DNA of 55,265 bases from Gemmatimonas sp. (GTDB lineage Bacteria > Gemmatimonadota > Gemmatimonadetes > Gemmatimonadales > Gemmatimonadaceae), in contig JANNVQ010000032.1 of assembly GCA_031414535.1 (NCBI GenBank), positions 1 to 55,265 on the forward strand, written 5' to 3'. The notes under the pieces are model-generated. The model did no database searches. It was not told where the DNA came from and was given only the letters and a program-made list of their open reading frames with translations. Every line of letters starts with the position of its first letter. The first letter of the stretch is position 1. A program made the position numbers and the translations under genes. Positions 7,601 through 16,910 of the stretch are shown piece after piece.

Positions 7601-8569
7601 CCACTGCGCGGAACGCCAACGGTCACGCGCGGCCGCTTGCTCCGCAGGCAGCGATTTGCGGATAGCGTGGCAGTGAATATCCCATCGGGCGAGTTGGCGT
7701 TGGACCTGAGCCATCGCCTTGTCGTTGAGGCCTTCGATTCGGCGGGGATGCATATACGGGCGCACGCGGTGCGCATGCGCCCGTTGGACCCCACTCTGGC
7801 ACGCCTTGATGGCGACATCCTGCGGCCGCTTCGCAGCGGGGTGCTGGCGCTCGAGGTTACGCTGGGTGGCTGGCGCACAGACACGCTGACGCTACGAATC
7901 GTGCCGTCCTCGGCGCAGCGCGTCTTGACGGAAGATTGGGAGGGCGGGTTCAGGAAACGCTGGCGCTCCTATGGGAATCCGCCCGCCCTATTTGGCCGCA
8001 CGGCGCGTTTTGCCACGCTGCGGCCCAACGGTGACGGGAAGTACGCAAGTGGTGCATACCTCGTGGACACGCTTCCGCTCGACTGGGGTCTGGGAATGGA
8101 GACGTCGTTCTCGTTGCCCGTGAATCGCCTGCAATGGCAGAGCCTGGGCATCGGACTCACTGGCAATGTCCCGCGTGGCTTGCTTGCCGCGTGGGATCAT
8201 CGCACGGGGAACGCGCCAACCGGTGACCATCTCATTTGCGCCGTGTCGTTTGGCGGCGAGGGCGGGTCTGGGTTTACGCACTACATGCTCATAGGTCACA
8301 ACAACGAGAGCGTCCGGGCACCGGCGCCGCGCTCATTATTCACGGGCCAGTGGCATCAGGTCCGCTTGCAGTACTTCCCGGACGGGCGATGTGGCGTGGC
8401 CCTCGATGGCGCCCCGGCCCTGATGACGAATGGCAAGACTCGGATGGTCGGGAATGCGCTGTTGATTGTCAGCGGGCACTCGGTGGAGACGACGGTACAG
8501 GTGGGGCCGTTGAGCGTTTGGACGGGGGTGCTGGGTGGGGTGGATTGGGCGCGGCTGGACCACCGCTGA
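4616..8569 (+). CDS. SARP/BTAD + AAA ATPase transmembrane regulator with PD40/TolB-like propeller and C-terminal ConA-like domain
   Basis: ALLAYL...RERLATLLW...ARQNLRQ (wHTH); ALQLYAGDF..FEQWCDVERRRLR (BTAD); GVAGLGKS Walker A; LLVDDLHW Walker B; hydrophobic WRVAAAFLFVVVSVGG; PSPDGRFFAF and WSPDGTRLAF repeats; WHQVRLQYFPDGRCGVALDG. Confidence 0.8.
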   Translation: MLELRTRGTLAASADSPDGVRQLARGKPVALLAYLSAAPGRRASRERLATLLWSDGSSEQARQNLRQTVWYIRRRLGPVLEASDDFLTITGDTKVDRDAFALAVREQRLAEALQLYAGDFIPDFAAPGAAEFEQWCDVERRRLRSLFIGCTDTLARQALGKGQAARAADLARRARDVAPYDLAPWRLLLESLVAARDPVGAMAEAESLEAMLAAQELDADDATRAAMRTARNASNAGRSALSTSIAANGSVAIDEHASFSPEMIGRESEFSALLERWELTKSGRGSAVLVTGVAGLGKSRLLADLHARLRASRARAVLVRANPGDRAVAGGFAAALAESIAQRPGSAGISSESAGVLVALAPALASVYTQASPDRSSGEDAQRRRVSALLELLRSVSEDSALALLVDDLHWVDQESRRLLDAVAARLEGGRALLVLAARPPIESLGGFSGLPRVELARLDLARVAEFIARLGELPLEPWAANLPSQLASATRGIPLTIIEALQRLIEEGSLTLRAQRWSSAAPGRIVEVLRDGAVLENRVRSLSAGPRELLLLLATLGRPMRADAIGADSRLTELEQRGFVARVDGELHVGHDEVADAALAVATNDEREAAHARAAAILAAEPSGESTLMLAARHAVSGNDAALLRRLAERWVRGKRAAGRGDGAQLLLSELLGAEVGARTRALALSGISWLERPSRMAWRVAAAFLFVVVSVGGRLMMMSGVEPDVEYIVRLDGDTLAYARIAVSDIDIWNRDEPVRAELLEPSELPEYLAIEQRVRLTALPDGSGLMGTAFFPDSGGDEVVFVDERGQLQRPMYSSGDDNGLAPSPDGRFFAFSTARWNKSTDRYQVAIYDRTTQTVRRVTNSGDYDSSPFWSPDGTRLAFLRNSFTKVAPLQLCVIAVDGKDERCDWPSISDGVGLHGWVDDVRVMVEEVFTGRNFIYNLETHERESSLDGNIFGEQIARVVLVGSRESGGGLLLARPEIRGAERRVLLNGRPLRGTPTVTRGRLLRRQRFADSVAVNIPSGELALDLSHRLVVEAFDSAGMHIRAHAVRMRPLDPTLARLDGDILRPLRSGVLALEVTLGGWRTDTLTLRIVPSSAQRVLTEDWEGGFRKRWRSYGNPPALFGRTARFATLRPNGDGKYASGAYLVDTLPLDWGLGMETSFSLPVNRLQWQSLGIGLTGNVPRGLLAAWDHRTGNAPTGDHLICAVSFGGEGGSGFTHYMLIGHNNESVRAPAPRSLFTGQWHQVRLQYFPDGRCGVALDGAPALMTNGKTRMVGNALLIVSGHSVETTVQVGPLSVWTGVLGGVDWARLDHR

Positions 8570-8617
8570 CATCCATCATCTGAAGCCTAGCGGCGGGAGT
8601 GACCCGGCTCGCGCACA

Positions 8618-10168
8618 CTAGCCATCAATCCGTCGCGGTAAGCTATTCCGGCGCGGGGCCTGTGTGTCGGAACCCTCGCGAGCCGCTGGTCTATGCTCCT
8701 TGAGCCAAGCCTCGAGCGCCGGACCCACGCGGGCTGCGATCTGCTCCACCGCCTGCGGACCACCAAGCGAGGGGCGGTCGCTCCACAGGCGCAGAATCAC
8801 TTCACGCACCTGTCCGTCCTGCTCCCAAGCACAGGGATAATCCAAGCGCACTGGCAGCTTGTTCACTGGCGAGATCTGTTGACGCTGCGGGCCGTGCGCG
8901 TGCACGTCTCCTTCAATCAACTGCACGTCGAGCAAGCGGATGTCATCCACGAGTTCGGCGAGTGCAGCTTCCACTTCTTCGAACGTCTTGGCCTCGCGCA
9001 CGCGTTCGGCAATCTCCGCTGCGAGAATTCGATCGCGGACGACCCCACGGGCGTGACGCACCGCGGCCGCGGCGCTGGCCCCGAGTTCCGTAAACTCACC
9101 GTACTCGAGCCAGCGCACAGAGTAGAACAGAAAGACGATTGCCAGGCCACCACCACCGAGCATGAGGGCTAGGGTGAGCTGCGGCGGCGCGAAGACAATC
9201 GAGATGCCGAGCGCCGAGAAGCACAAACTTGCCGCACCGATAATGCGAACCGTCTGGCGCGCGTTCAGCCCCAACGCCAGCAGCTGGTGGTGGACGTGGC
9301 GTCCGTCAGCGGACGAGACGGGGATGCCGCGTAGCCAGCGCCGCCCCATCGCCAAGAAAGTGTCCAGCAGGGGGAAGGCGAGGATCACCAGTGGCAAGAG
9401 CGCGTAGACTTCGCCTCGTGGACCGGTGCTGGCGAGAACGGAGCGTACGGCCAAGAAGTAGCCGATCGCCATCGAGCCACCGTCGCCAAGGAAAATGCGC
9501 GCCGGTGAGGCGTTGAATTTGAGAAAGCCGAGAATCGCGCCGAGCACGGCCACCGTGATGAATAGTGGCTGCATGCCGTAGGAGACGAGATCCACGAAGA
9601 TGATGGCGAGAATCGCCAGAACGGCGACGGTCCCTGCGAGGCCGTCCACACCGTCAATCAGGTTGAACGCGTTCGTGACGCCAACGATCCACAGGACGGC
9701 GAGTGGTGCCGCCAGCGGGCCGAGATCCAGCAGAACACCGTTGGGAACCAGCGCTAGCGAATCGAGTCGAAACCCTGCGGCGACGACGATGAAGGCGGCG
9801 ATGACTTGCGCGAACAGCTTCCGTGCAGGGCTGAGGCCCACGAGATCGTCCACGACGCCCGTGAAGAACACGACCAATGAGCCGACGATGAAGGCCGGGA
9901 GGAGATGTTCATGTCGAAATACTGGCAGGTCACGAGACGCTGCGATGAGCAGGGGAACCAACGCCGCGAATACGGCCGCGAAGACCACTGCCACGCCGCC
10001 GAGGCGCGGCACGGGCACAGTGTGCACGCGGCGATCGTCTTCGGGGACGTCGAGCCATTGCCGAGCCGTCGCAAAGCGGATGAGCGGCGGAATGGCAAGG
10101 ACGGCGAGGCCGAAAGCGGCAGCACCGGTCAGAACGAGCCAGAGGACGTTTTGGAGCGAATCTGACAA
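8618..10168 (-). CDS. MraY/WecA-family undecaprenyl-phosphate HexNAc-1-P transferase with soluble C-terminal extension
   Basis: HTVPVPRLGG, GVVDD, NAFNLIDGVDGLA, IFLGDGGS, DGRHVHHQL; many TM segments. Confidence 0.9.
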   Translation of the reverse strand: MSDSLQNVLWLVLTGAAAFGLAVLAIPPLIRFATARQWLDVPEDDRRVHTVPVPRLGGVAVVFAAVFAALVPLLIAASRDLPVFRHEHLLPAFIVGSLVVFFTGVVDDLVGLSPARKLFAQVIAAFIVVAAGFRLDSLALVPNGVLLDLGPLAAPLAVLWIVGVTNAFNLIDGVDGLAGTVAVLAILAIIFVDLVSYGMQPLFITVAVLGAILGFLKFNASPARIFLGDGGSMAIGYFLAVRSVLASTGPRGEVYALLPLVILAFPLLDTFLAMGRRWLRGIPVSSADGRHVHHQLLALGLNARQTVRIIGAASLCFSALGISIVFAPPQLTLALMLGGGGLAIVFLFYSVRWLEYGEFTELGASAAAAVRHARGVVRDRILAAEIAERVREAKTFEEVEAALAELVDDIRLLDVQLIEGDVHAHGPQRQQISPVNKLPVRLDYPCAWEQDGQVREVILRLWSDRPSLGGPQAVEQIAARVGPALEAWLKEHRPAAREGSDTQAPRRNSLPRRIDG

Positions 10169-10235
10169 TTAAGAGTTAATCCTCTCGAGGGATTGTAAAG
10201 TTGACGCTTTGTCGTTAGCTGCGCCATGGGTACGG

Positions 10236-10259
10236 AGGCCGTGACCTAGGTCACGGCCT
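10236..10259. promoter_or_regulatory. Perfect 24-bp palindrome with CRP/FNR-like core in a divergent promoter
   Basis: AGGCCGTGACCT|AGGTCACGGCCT; core GTGA-N6-TCAC. Confidence 0.6.
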
Positions 10260-10322
10260 TGTCGGCGGACTCATTTGATACCCTCAATTCTCGTCGCTGT
10301 TGCTAAATTGTTTCGCAACTAA

Positions 10323-11483
10323 ATGGCGTCCTCAGCAAACCCCGCATTGCGCGTCGTATTTGTCGTCAATCACGTCGCTTTTTTTGTCTCGCATCGGTTG
10401 CCCGTCGCGCTCGCCGCGCAGGCCCGCGGTTGGACGGTAGCGCTGGTCACTGGGCAACCAGGAAGCGCGGTGATGGAGGTGGCGGCCGAGGCCCCGCTGC
10501 GTGATTCGGGCATCAGGCATTTTCGTACACGCTTCACGGCAAGCGGCATGAATCCGCTCACCGAAGGCCTCGGAGCCTTGCAAACCCTTTGGCATCTGCT
10601 TCGGTTGCGGCCGAGCGTGGTGCACTGCGCTTCTCCGAAGGGCGTGCTGATTGGCGGCATCGCCGCGCGGCTACTGCGAGTCCGCCGCGTGGTGCTTGCG
10701 ATTTCCGGCATGGGGTTTGCCTTTACCGAAGGCGCGTCACCGTCAATGTCTCGGCGCATTGCGGCGGCCATCATTCGCCTGCTCGGAGGTGTGGCCCTAC
10801 GCAACCCGCGGGCGCGCGTCGTCGTCCAGAACCACGATGATGCCCGAGAAATCGGCGTCATGCTCGGCGGGGCTGAAGACCGCTTGGTGATAGTACCGGG
10901 CTCGGGAGTGGATCTTGCCGCGACGCACGCGGTGCCGATGTCCGAAAAGTCGCGCATGGTGTTACTGCCGGGCCGCGTCGTGCGAGACAAGGGCGTCGGC
11001 GAGTTCGCCGCCGCCGCCGCCGTGCTGCGGCAGCGGCATCCAGACTGGCGTTTCTGTGTGGCCGGGAGTGCTGATTATGCCAACCCCAGTGCCTTTCCAC
11101 CCAGCCAAATGGATGCATGGGCCCGCGAGGGCCACGTGGAATTTCTTGGCCACGTGGAGGATATCGCGCCCCTTATGGCCGCCGCGAGCATCGTGTGTCT
11201 GCCCTCGTACCGAGAGGGCATGCCCAAGGCCTTGCTTGAAGCCGCGGCCTGGGGCTGTGCCGTCGTCACCACGGACGTTCCGGGCTGTCGGGAGGCCGTG
11301 CTACCCGATGAGACTGGAGTGCTGGTTCCGGCTCGTGACGCCGCCGCGCTCACCGACGCGCTGTCGAGCCTGATTGGTGATTTTGACCGCCGGCGACGCT
11401 TTGGCATCGCCGGTCGAGCGCTCGCCGAGCGGCAGTTCGGCCTCGACTCGGTCGTGCAGCGCTTGCTCGCGCTCTACGCATAG
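10323..11483 (+). CDS. Glycosyltransferase family 4
   Basis: FFVSHRLP, VVVQNHDDA, PGSGVD, LPSYREGMPKALLEAAAWG. Confidence 0.93.
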   Translation: MASSANPALRVVFVVNHVAFFVSHRLPVALAAQARGWTVALVTGQPGSAVMEVAAEAPLRDSGIRHFRTRFTASGMNPLTEGLGALQTLWHLLRLRPSVVHCASPKGVLIGGIAARLLRVRRVVLAISGMGFAFTEGASPSMSRRIAAAIIRLLGGVALRNPRARVVVQNHDDAREIGVMLGGAEDRLVIVPGSGVDLAATHAVPMSEKSRMVLLPGRVVRDKGVGEFAAAAAVLRQRHPDWRFCVAGSADYANPSAFPPSQMDAWAREGHVEFLGHVEDIAPLMAAASIVCLPSYREGMPKALLEAAAWGCAVVTTDVPGCREAVLPDETGVLVPARDAAALTDALSSLIGDFDRRRRFGIAGRALAERQFGLDSVVQRLLALYA

Positions 11484-11530
11484 CCGCTCTCGGCTCAGGT
11501 TCACATACCACGCCCGACCTGTATCTTTTA

Positions 11531-13024
11531 GTGATGACGATTTCCATTAATCCGCTCAACGGTATTGAGTATCCCGTGCCGACTGACGTCGGCGAGCGTG
11601 ATGCCATTGATAGTTTCCGCGCTCGGCACAAGGACAAGCCGGTGGTGGTGGTGCAGGGACTTGGCTTCGTGGGTGCCGTGATGTCACTGGTGTGTGCCAA
11701 CGCACTCGACGCTGAGTACGCCGTACTTGGTGTGGACCTCGCCACGCCTGCGGGATGGTGGCGCATCGCGAGTCTACGCGAAGGCGTGTTTCCGCTCACC
11801 GCATCAGATCCAAAGATTCCCGAGTTCCACGAGCGGGCCAAGGCGCAAGGAAATTTCCTCGCAACGGCTGACCCCTATGCGTACGAACTGGCCGATGTGA
11901 TTATCGTGGACGTCAATCTCGACGTCGCCAAGTCCAGCTCCGCCGATGGAGAGTTGGAAGGCTACGGCGTTGATTTGAGCGGCTTTCGCGCAGCTATCGC
12001 GACCATTGGCCGTCACTGCCGCCCCGATGCCCTCGTACTCGTAGAAACAACGGTTCCGCCTGGCACCTGTCAGAAGGTCGTGCTGCCTACCTTGCACGCC
12101 GAATTGGAGCGCCGTGGGCTGCCCACTCGCTCGCTCCGCGTCGGGCACTCGTACGAACGCGTGATGCCAGGGCCGGACTACATCGATTCGATTCGCACCT
12201 TCCCTCGTGTGTACGCCGGCACTGACGAAGCCAGTGCCGATGCCACCGAGAAGTTCCTGCGCACGATCATTGACACTGAGCGTTGCCCGCTCACGCGCCT
12301 GCACTCCACCAACGCCACCGAGATGGCGAAGGTCTTGGAGAATTCCTACCGCGCCATGAACATCGCGTTCATGGTTGAGTGGTCGCGCTTCGCGGAAGAA
12401 GCGGGCGTAGACATCTACTCCGTGGTGCAGGCTATTCGTCAGCGTTCGACACATGCCAACTTGATGCTGCCCGGCATCGGTGTGGGTGGTTACTGCCTCA
12501 CCAAGGATCCGCTGCTCGCGAGTTGGTCGCGCACCACGCTCTTCGGTGGCTCGGAGCCCTTGGCCGTGAGCGAACAGGCCGTGCGCATCAACGATCGCAT
12601 GCCGCGCTTCGCCTTTGAGTTTCTTCAGCAGCACGTTCCGGAACTCAGTGGCACCAAGGTCCTGCTGCTTGGCGTCTCGTACCGAGGAGACGTCGGGGAC
12701 ACCCGCTTCTCGCCGGTGGAACCGTTCTACGAGCGCCTCGTGGCTGCGGGTGCCGTGCTGCGCCTGCACGATCCCTTCGTGCCTTATTGGAGCGAGCAGG
12801 AAGCCGAGGTGATGGACGATGCGATGCCGCTTCTCGCCGAGGGACCGCGTGTGATCGTGGTGGCGGCCGGCCACAAGATGTATCGCCAAGCCGAGTTCAT
12901 TGACGCCTTGCTGGCTGCGCAGCCCGCCATTTTGGTGGATACCATCGGGCTCTGGAGCGAGGAGCAAGTGGAGCGCCTTTCCAAGCGACACGTGGTGAAG
13001 GTGTTGGGACGGGGCGACCGATGA
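11531..13024 (+). CDS. Nucleotide-sugar (UDP-HexNAc) 6-dehydrogenase
   Basis: VQGLGFVG, VETTVPPGT, ERVMPG, EMAKVLENSYRAMNIA, GVGGYCLTKDP, GDTRFSP; start may be ATG 11534. Confidence 0.92.
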   Translation: MMTISINPLNGIEYPVPTDVGERDAIDSFRARHKDKPVVVVQGLGFVGAVMSLVCANALDAEYAVLGVDLATPAGWWRIASLREGVFPLTASDPKIPEFHERAKAQGNFLATADPYAYELADVIIVDVNLDVAKSSSADGELEGYGVDLSGFRAAIATIGRHCRPDALVLVETTVPPGTCQKVVLPTLHAELERRGLPTRSLRVGHSYERVMPGPDYIDSIRTFPRVYAGTDEASADATEKFLRTIIDTERCPLTRLHSTNATEMAKVLENSYRAMNIAFMVEWSRFAEEAGVDIYSVVQAIRQRSTHANLMLPGIGVGGYCLTKDPLLASWSRTTLFGGSEPLAVSEQAVRINDRMPRFAFEFLQQHVPELSGTKVLLLGVSYRGDVGDTRFSPVEPFYERLVAAGAVLRLHDPFVPYWSEQEAEVMDDAMPLLAEGPRVIVVAAGHKMYRQAEFIDALLAAQPAILVDTIGLWSEEQVERLSKRHVVKVLGRGDR

Positions 13025-14046
13025 CCAAGGTTTTGGTGTTGGGAGGCGCGGGCTTTATCGGAACATCGCTCGCGCGTCAACTTGTGGACGTCGGCGACTG
13101 CGAACTCACGCTGGCCGATCTCAAGTTCGGATCGCGCTTTGAAGAGGCCTTTCCTGACGCCGCTGAGCGGTCACGGCTGACGCTCATTGAGGATGATTTC
13201 GCCGAGGCTGAGGCTTGGGCGCGGCTGAGCGATCAGTACGACCACGTCTATCACTTGGCGGCGATTGTCGGTGTGAATCGCACGCTGGCGCATCCCGACG
13301 AAGTCATGCGTGTGAACACGGCGCTGGTGCATCACGCCCTGCATTGGCTCAAGCGGGCAAAGGTGGGGCGCCTCGTGTTCGCCTCGAGCAGTGAGAACTA
13401 CGCGGCCACCACCGACCTTTTCGCTGCGGCCATCCCTACTCCGGAAACCGTGCCGCTCACCATCGGTGACGTGCGGCATCCGCGTTGGACGTATGCGGTC
13501 TCCAAGGTGCTCGGCGAGGCGGCATTCCTGCACTCCGCCAAGCCCCTCGGCTTCGAAGCCACCGTCGTGCGCTACCAGAACGCGTTCGGTCCCAACATGG
13601 GATTCCGTCACGCCATTCCGCACATCGTCGAGCGTTTCGTGGCCGGCGAGAATCCGGTGCAGGTCTACGGCGCCGCGCAGACCCGCGCATTCTGCTACGT
13701 GACGGACTCCGTGGACGGCACCATCCGCGCGATGCAGGTGCCGCGAGCTGCGGGGGAGATCTACCACGTCGGCAACGACGTGGAGATCTCGATGCGCGGA
13801 CTCACCGAGGCCGTCGGCGACATGATGGGCTACGCGGGACCCTACACGGATGCGCCCACGTATCCGGGCTCCGTGGAGCGGCGTTGCCCTGACCTGACCA
13901 AGTGCAAGGCCGATTTGGGCTACAGCCCCAAGGTGCATTGGCGCGATGGATTGGCGCGGACTGTGGCTTGGTATCGTGCGTACTTCGAGTCGGGATCGCG
14001 TCCCGCAGATGGCGGCTTCGAGCCGCCGGAGCGATTCCGCGCGTGA
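13021..14046 (+). CDS. NAD-dependent epimerase/dehydratase (extended SDR)
   Basis: GGAGFIG, HLAAIVGV, ASSSE, YAVSK, QTRAFCYV. Confidence 0.92.
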   Translation: MTKVLVLGGAGFIGTSLARQLVDVGDCELTLADLKFGSRFEEAFPDAAERSRLTLIEDDFAEAEAWARLSDQYDHVYHLAAIVGVNRTLAHPDEVMRVNTALVHHALHWLKRAKVGRLVFASSSENYAATTDLFAAAIPTPETVPLTIGDVRHPRWTYAVSKVLGEAAFLHSAKPLGFEATVVRYQNAFGPNMGFRHAIPHIVERFVAGENPVQVYGAAQTRAFCYVTDSVDGTIRAMQVPRAAGEIYHVGNDVEISMRGLTEAVGDMMGYAGPYTDAPTYPGSVERRCPDLTKCKADLGYSPKVHWRDGLARTVAWYRAYFESGSRPADGGFEPPERFRA

Positions 14047-14732
14047 ACGTACTGCGGAGAATTCTCGATGTGCTACTCGCCGGTCTCGCGCTCATCGTGC
14101 TGCTGCCGTTCTTCCTGCCGGTGATGCTCATCCTGCGCTTCTCCGGCGAGGGCGATGTGTTTTATCGCCAGCAACGGGTGGGCCTCGGCGGACGACACTT
14201 CGGCTTGCTGAAGTTCGCGACCATGCTGCGCAACAGTCCGAGCATCGGGGCGGGGGAGATCACGCTCAAGAATGACCCGCGCGTGCTGCCCATCGGAAAG
14301 TTTCTCCGCAAGACGAAGCTCAACGAACTCCCGCAGCTGTGGAACATCATCATCGGCGACATCAGCGTGGTGGGGCCGCGTCCGATGGTGCCCAACACCT
14401 TTGCGCACTATCCCGCGGCGGCACAGGTCGAACTGAACACCGTGCGTCCGGGCCTAAGCGGTGTGGGTTCCTTGGTGTTCCGGGACGAGGAACGCTGGCT
14501 TGATGCCTCGGCGGATCCACAGCGGTTTTATCGCGAGGTCATCATTCCGTACAAGGCGTCGCTCGAGCAGTGGTATGTGCGGAATCAATCGCTCACGCTG
14601 TACGTGCAGGTGATTGTGCTGACGGTGGTGGCGCTGGTGCGGCCTGCCTCGGACTTGCCTTGGAGGGTGTGGCCGACTTTGCCGCAGTTGCCGCAGCAAT
14701 TGCAGCATTCGAGCCGGCCTGTCGGTGCCTGA
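14043..14732 (+). CDS. Bacterial sugar transferase (small monotopic phosphoglycosyltransferase)
   Basis: GTG 14043; RRILDVL, KFATM, DPRVLPIGKFLRKTKLNELPQLWN, VGPRP. Confidence 0.92.
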   Translation: MNVLRRILDVLLAGLALIVLLPFFLPVMLILRFSGEGDVFYRQQRVGLGGRHFGLLKFATMLRNSPSIGAGEITLKNDPRVLPIGKFLRKTKLNELPQLWNIIIGDISVVGPRPMVPNTFAHYPAAAQVELNTVRPGLSGVGSLVFRDEERWLDASADPQRFYREVIIPYKASLEQWYVRNQSLTLYVQVIVLTVVALVRPASDLPWRVWPTLPQLPQQLQHSSRPVGA

Positions 14733-15921
14733 GGCAGATATTGGGCGCGACGCGCGCGAGGGGCGCGCGATTCTCGCGCCCCTGCTCGTCACGCTCGCCC
14801 TGTTTGCACCGTCGTCCGTGGATGGAACGGTGGCGCCGATGCTTGTGCTGGCGTGGTCAGCCATCGCCGTGATGCTGTTGACCACTCCTGCGATCGTGGG
14901 CCGAGTGCCGTTCAGGCCTGATGGTTTGTGGATCGGTGCGGGTGGACTCGCCGTGTTGAGTCTGGCGACGTTCCTCTCTCCGTTTCCCGATCTCGCGCTC
15001 GGTGCGGCCATTCCATATATCGCCTGCTTTGCCATGTTGGCGTCTCGCTCGGGTGACTTTCCTGTCGGTGAGGGGACGGTGCGCTGGCTTGCGGTAGCGA
15101 ACGTAATCGCCCTCGTCATTGGCGTCTTGATTGTTTCTGGCGACGAGAGCGTCCGTGCCGCGGTGGTGCGATGGTACTCCGTCGCCTACGAAGATCTGGT
15201 CGCCAACATGACCGGTTGGCGTAAACCCGTGCTGTCCTTCGGCTCCCACTCCACGGCAGCCTTCGCCTACTATCTCCTTTTTCTGCTCCAGTGGGAGACG
15301 TGGCGGCGGCGGGGGTCGCGGGTCGCGTTGGTCCTCGCGATTGGCAACGCAGTGCTCAGCATCGCCCTGACGTCCGCCGCCGCGATGGGCTTCGCCGCCC
15401 TAAGCGCTTGGCAGATCGCGCGCGCACCGAGAGCCCGCATCTGGATTGCGCTGGCCGTCGTCGGCGCGATTGCCTACGGGTTGACGCTAGTAGGCGATCT
15501 GCTCGGACCACTCGGGCTGGACGAGGCATTGCGGCTGGCGTTCGGCACGGATGAAGGTGGATTCCGAGGCCGCTATCTCAGCGGAGGCACCATCGCCGGA
15601 AGCATTCAGTACATTGCAGAGCATCCGCTTCGCCCCGTGGGCCTCTCGTATTCCACGGACGTGTTCTATGGTGACTCGGGTCCGGTAGAGCAGCTGCTCC
15701 GTGGGTCAGTGCCTTTGCTCCTGCTCGTGTACGGCGGCGTTTTTGCGTGGCTTCGCTCGGAATTGCCCGATGTGGCTCTGCGCCGCCAGCTCTTGGTGGC
15801 TATCCTACTCTTCGAGCTGGGCTTCTCGGCGCTTACCTTCTTCCGATTCGCTTTCTTGTTGCCGTTCGTCGTCGCGTACCTCCGGCATCTCCCTCCGACT
15901 CCCGCGCCGTCTCCCACATGA
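14725..15921 (+). CDS. Polytopic membrane protein, probable Wzy polymerase
   Basis: About 10 hydrophobic segments with periplasmic loops, located in a glycan cluster next to a Wzz-like gene. Confidence 0.6.
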   Translation: MPEADIGRDAREGRAILAPLLVTLALFAPSSVDGTVAPMLVLAWSAIAVMLLTTPAIVGRVPFRPDGLWIGAGGLAVLSLATFLSPFPDLALGAAIPYIACFAMLASRSGDFPVGEGTVRWLAVANVIALVIGVLIVSGDESVRAAVVRWYSVAYEDLVANMTGWRKPVLSFGSHSTAAFAYYLLFLLQWETWRRRGSRVALVLAIGNAVLSIALTSAAAMGFAALSAWQIARAPRARIWIALAVVGAIAYGLTLVGDLLGPLGLDEALRLAFGTDEGGFRGRYLSGGTIAGSIQYIAEHPLRPVGLSYSTDVFYGDSGPVEQLLRGSVPLLLLVYGGVFAWLRSELPDVALRRQLLVAILLFELGFSALTFFRFAFLLPFVVAYLRHLPPTPAPSPT

Positions 15922-16910
15922 ACGACGCTTCAGCCCCATCCCGTACCGTTGTCCCTTGGGTCGCCGTGATCGAGCAGCTGCCGGTGCTGCTTGCCGTGGG
16001 CGCCGCCGCCGCGATCGTCGTCGGTGGCATCAGTCTCCTGCGTCCTCGCCGCTTCGAGGCGTCTGTGACTGTGGCCACGGTGTCGGGTACACGCATGCCG
16101 GCCGGACTGAGTTCCTTGGCGGGTCTCTCGGGATTGAACCTCTCTACGGGTCTCACCGTCACGCCCGAGCTCGTGTCGGGGCTCGCCGTATCGCGGCGCG
16201 TCCTGCTTGCCGTAGCTGATTCCGCCGATGAGAAGGGTCCGCTCTCCAATCGATTGACCAAAGATTCAGTCCCGAGCAATTGGGATCTTGAGCGGGCCAT
16301 GCGCCAGCGCGTGAGCGCCTCGCACGACCGCCGAACCGGGCTTGTCTCGCTGCGGGTTGCGGAGCGCGATTCGGCGCTCGCGCGCGTGCTGGCCAATCGC
16401 CTGGTGTCCGTGCTCTCGGAAACGTATGTGGATGTCGCGCGCTCGCAGGCGGCGGCTCAACGTCGGGGCCAAGAGGTGCGCGTGGATAGCATGGCCGCGT
16501 TGCTCGATCGTGCGGAGCGGGAGCAGCTTTCCTTTATGCGCCGCAATCGTGGTTTGGTCGCGGAGGCCGAAGCCTCCCTTGAAAAGCAGAGGTTGGATCG
16601 CGCTCTGTCGATCGCCACACAGACCTTTCAACAAGCGGTGCTGGAGCGCGAGGCTGCCGTCGCTCGCGAGCTAGAGCAGACACCGATTGTCGTGGTGGTA
16701 GACCCCCTGCCGACGGCACTTCGCCCGATGCCGCGGTACACGAGCCTGTACGCCCTCTTGGCCGCCATCATCGCGGTGGTTGCTTGGGCGACGGTCTTGG
16801 TGCTGCGCGAGTGGATGTCGCCGCGTGAGGCGCCTCCGAGTCTGGAAGCTCAGCGCGTCGCCGCAGCCCTGCGTCGCTGGCCCCTGCTGCGCACGCTCGT
16901 CAGGAGCTAG
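15918..16910 (+). CDS. Wzz/polysaccharide co-polymerase-like chain-length regulator
   Basis: ATG 15918; N- and C-terminal TM, coiled-coil centre, VVVVDP...PMPR before the last TM. Confidence 0.75.
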   Translation: MNDASAPSRTVVPWVAVIEQLPVLLAVGAAAAIVVGGISLLRPRRFEASVTVATVSGTRMPAGLSSLAGLSGLNLSTGLTVTPELVSGLAVSRRVLLAVADSADEKGPLSNRLTKDSVPSNWDLERAMRQRVSASHDRRTGLVSLRVAERDSALARVLANRLVSVLSETYVDVARSQAAAQRRGQEVRVDSMAALLDRAEREQLSFMRRNRGLVAEAEASLEKQRLDRALSIATQTFQQAVLEREAAVARELEQTPIVVVVDPLPTALRPMPRYTSLYALLAAIIAVVAWATVLVLREWMSPREAPPSLEAQRVAAALRRWPLLRTLVRS

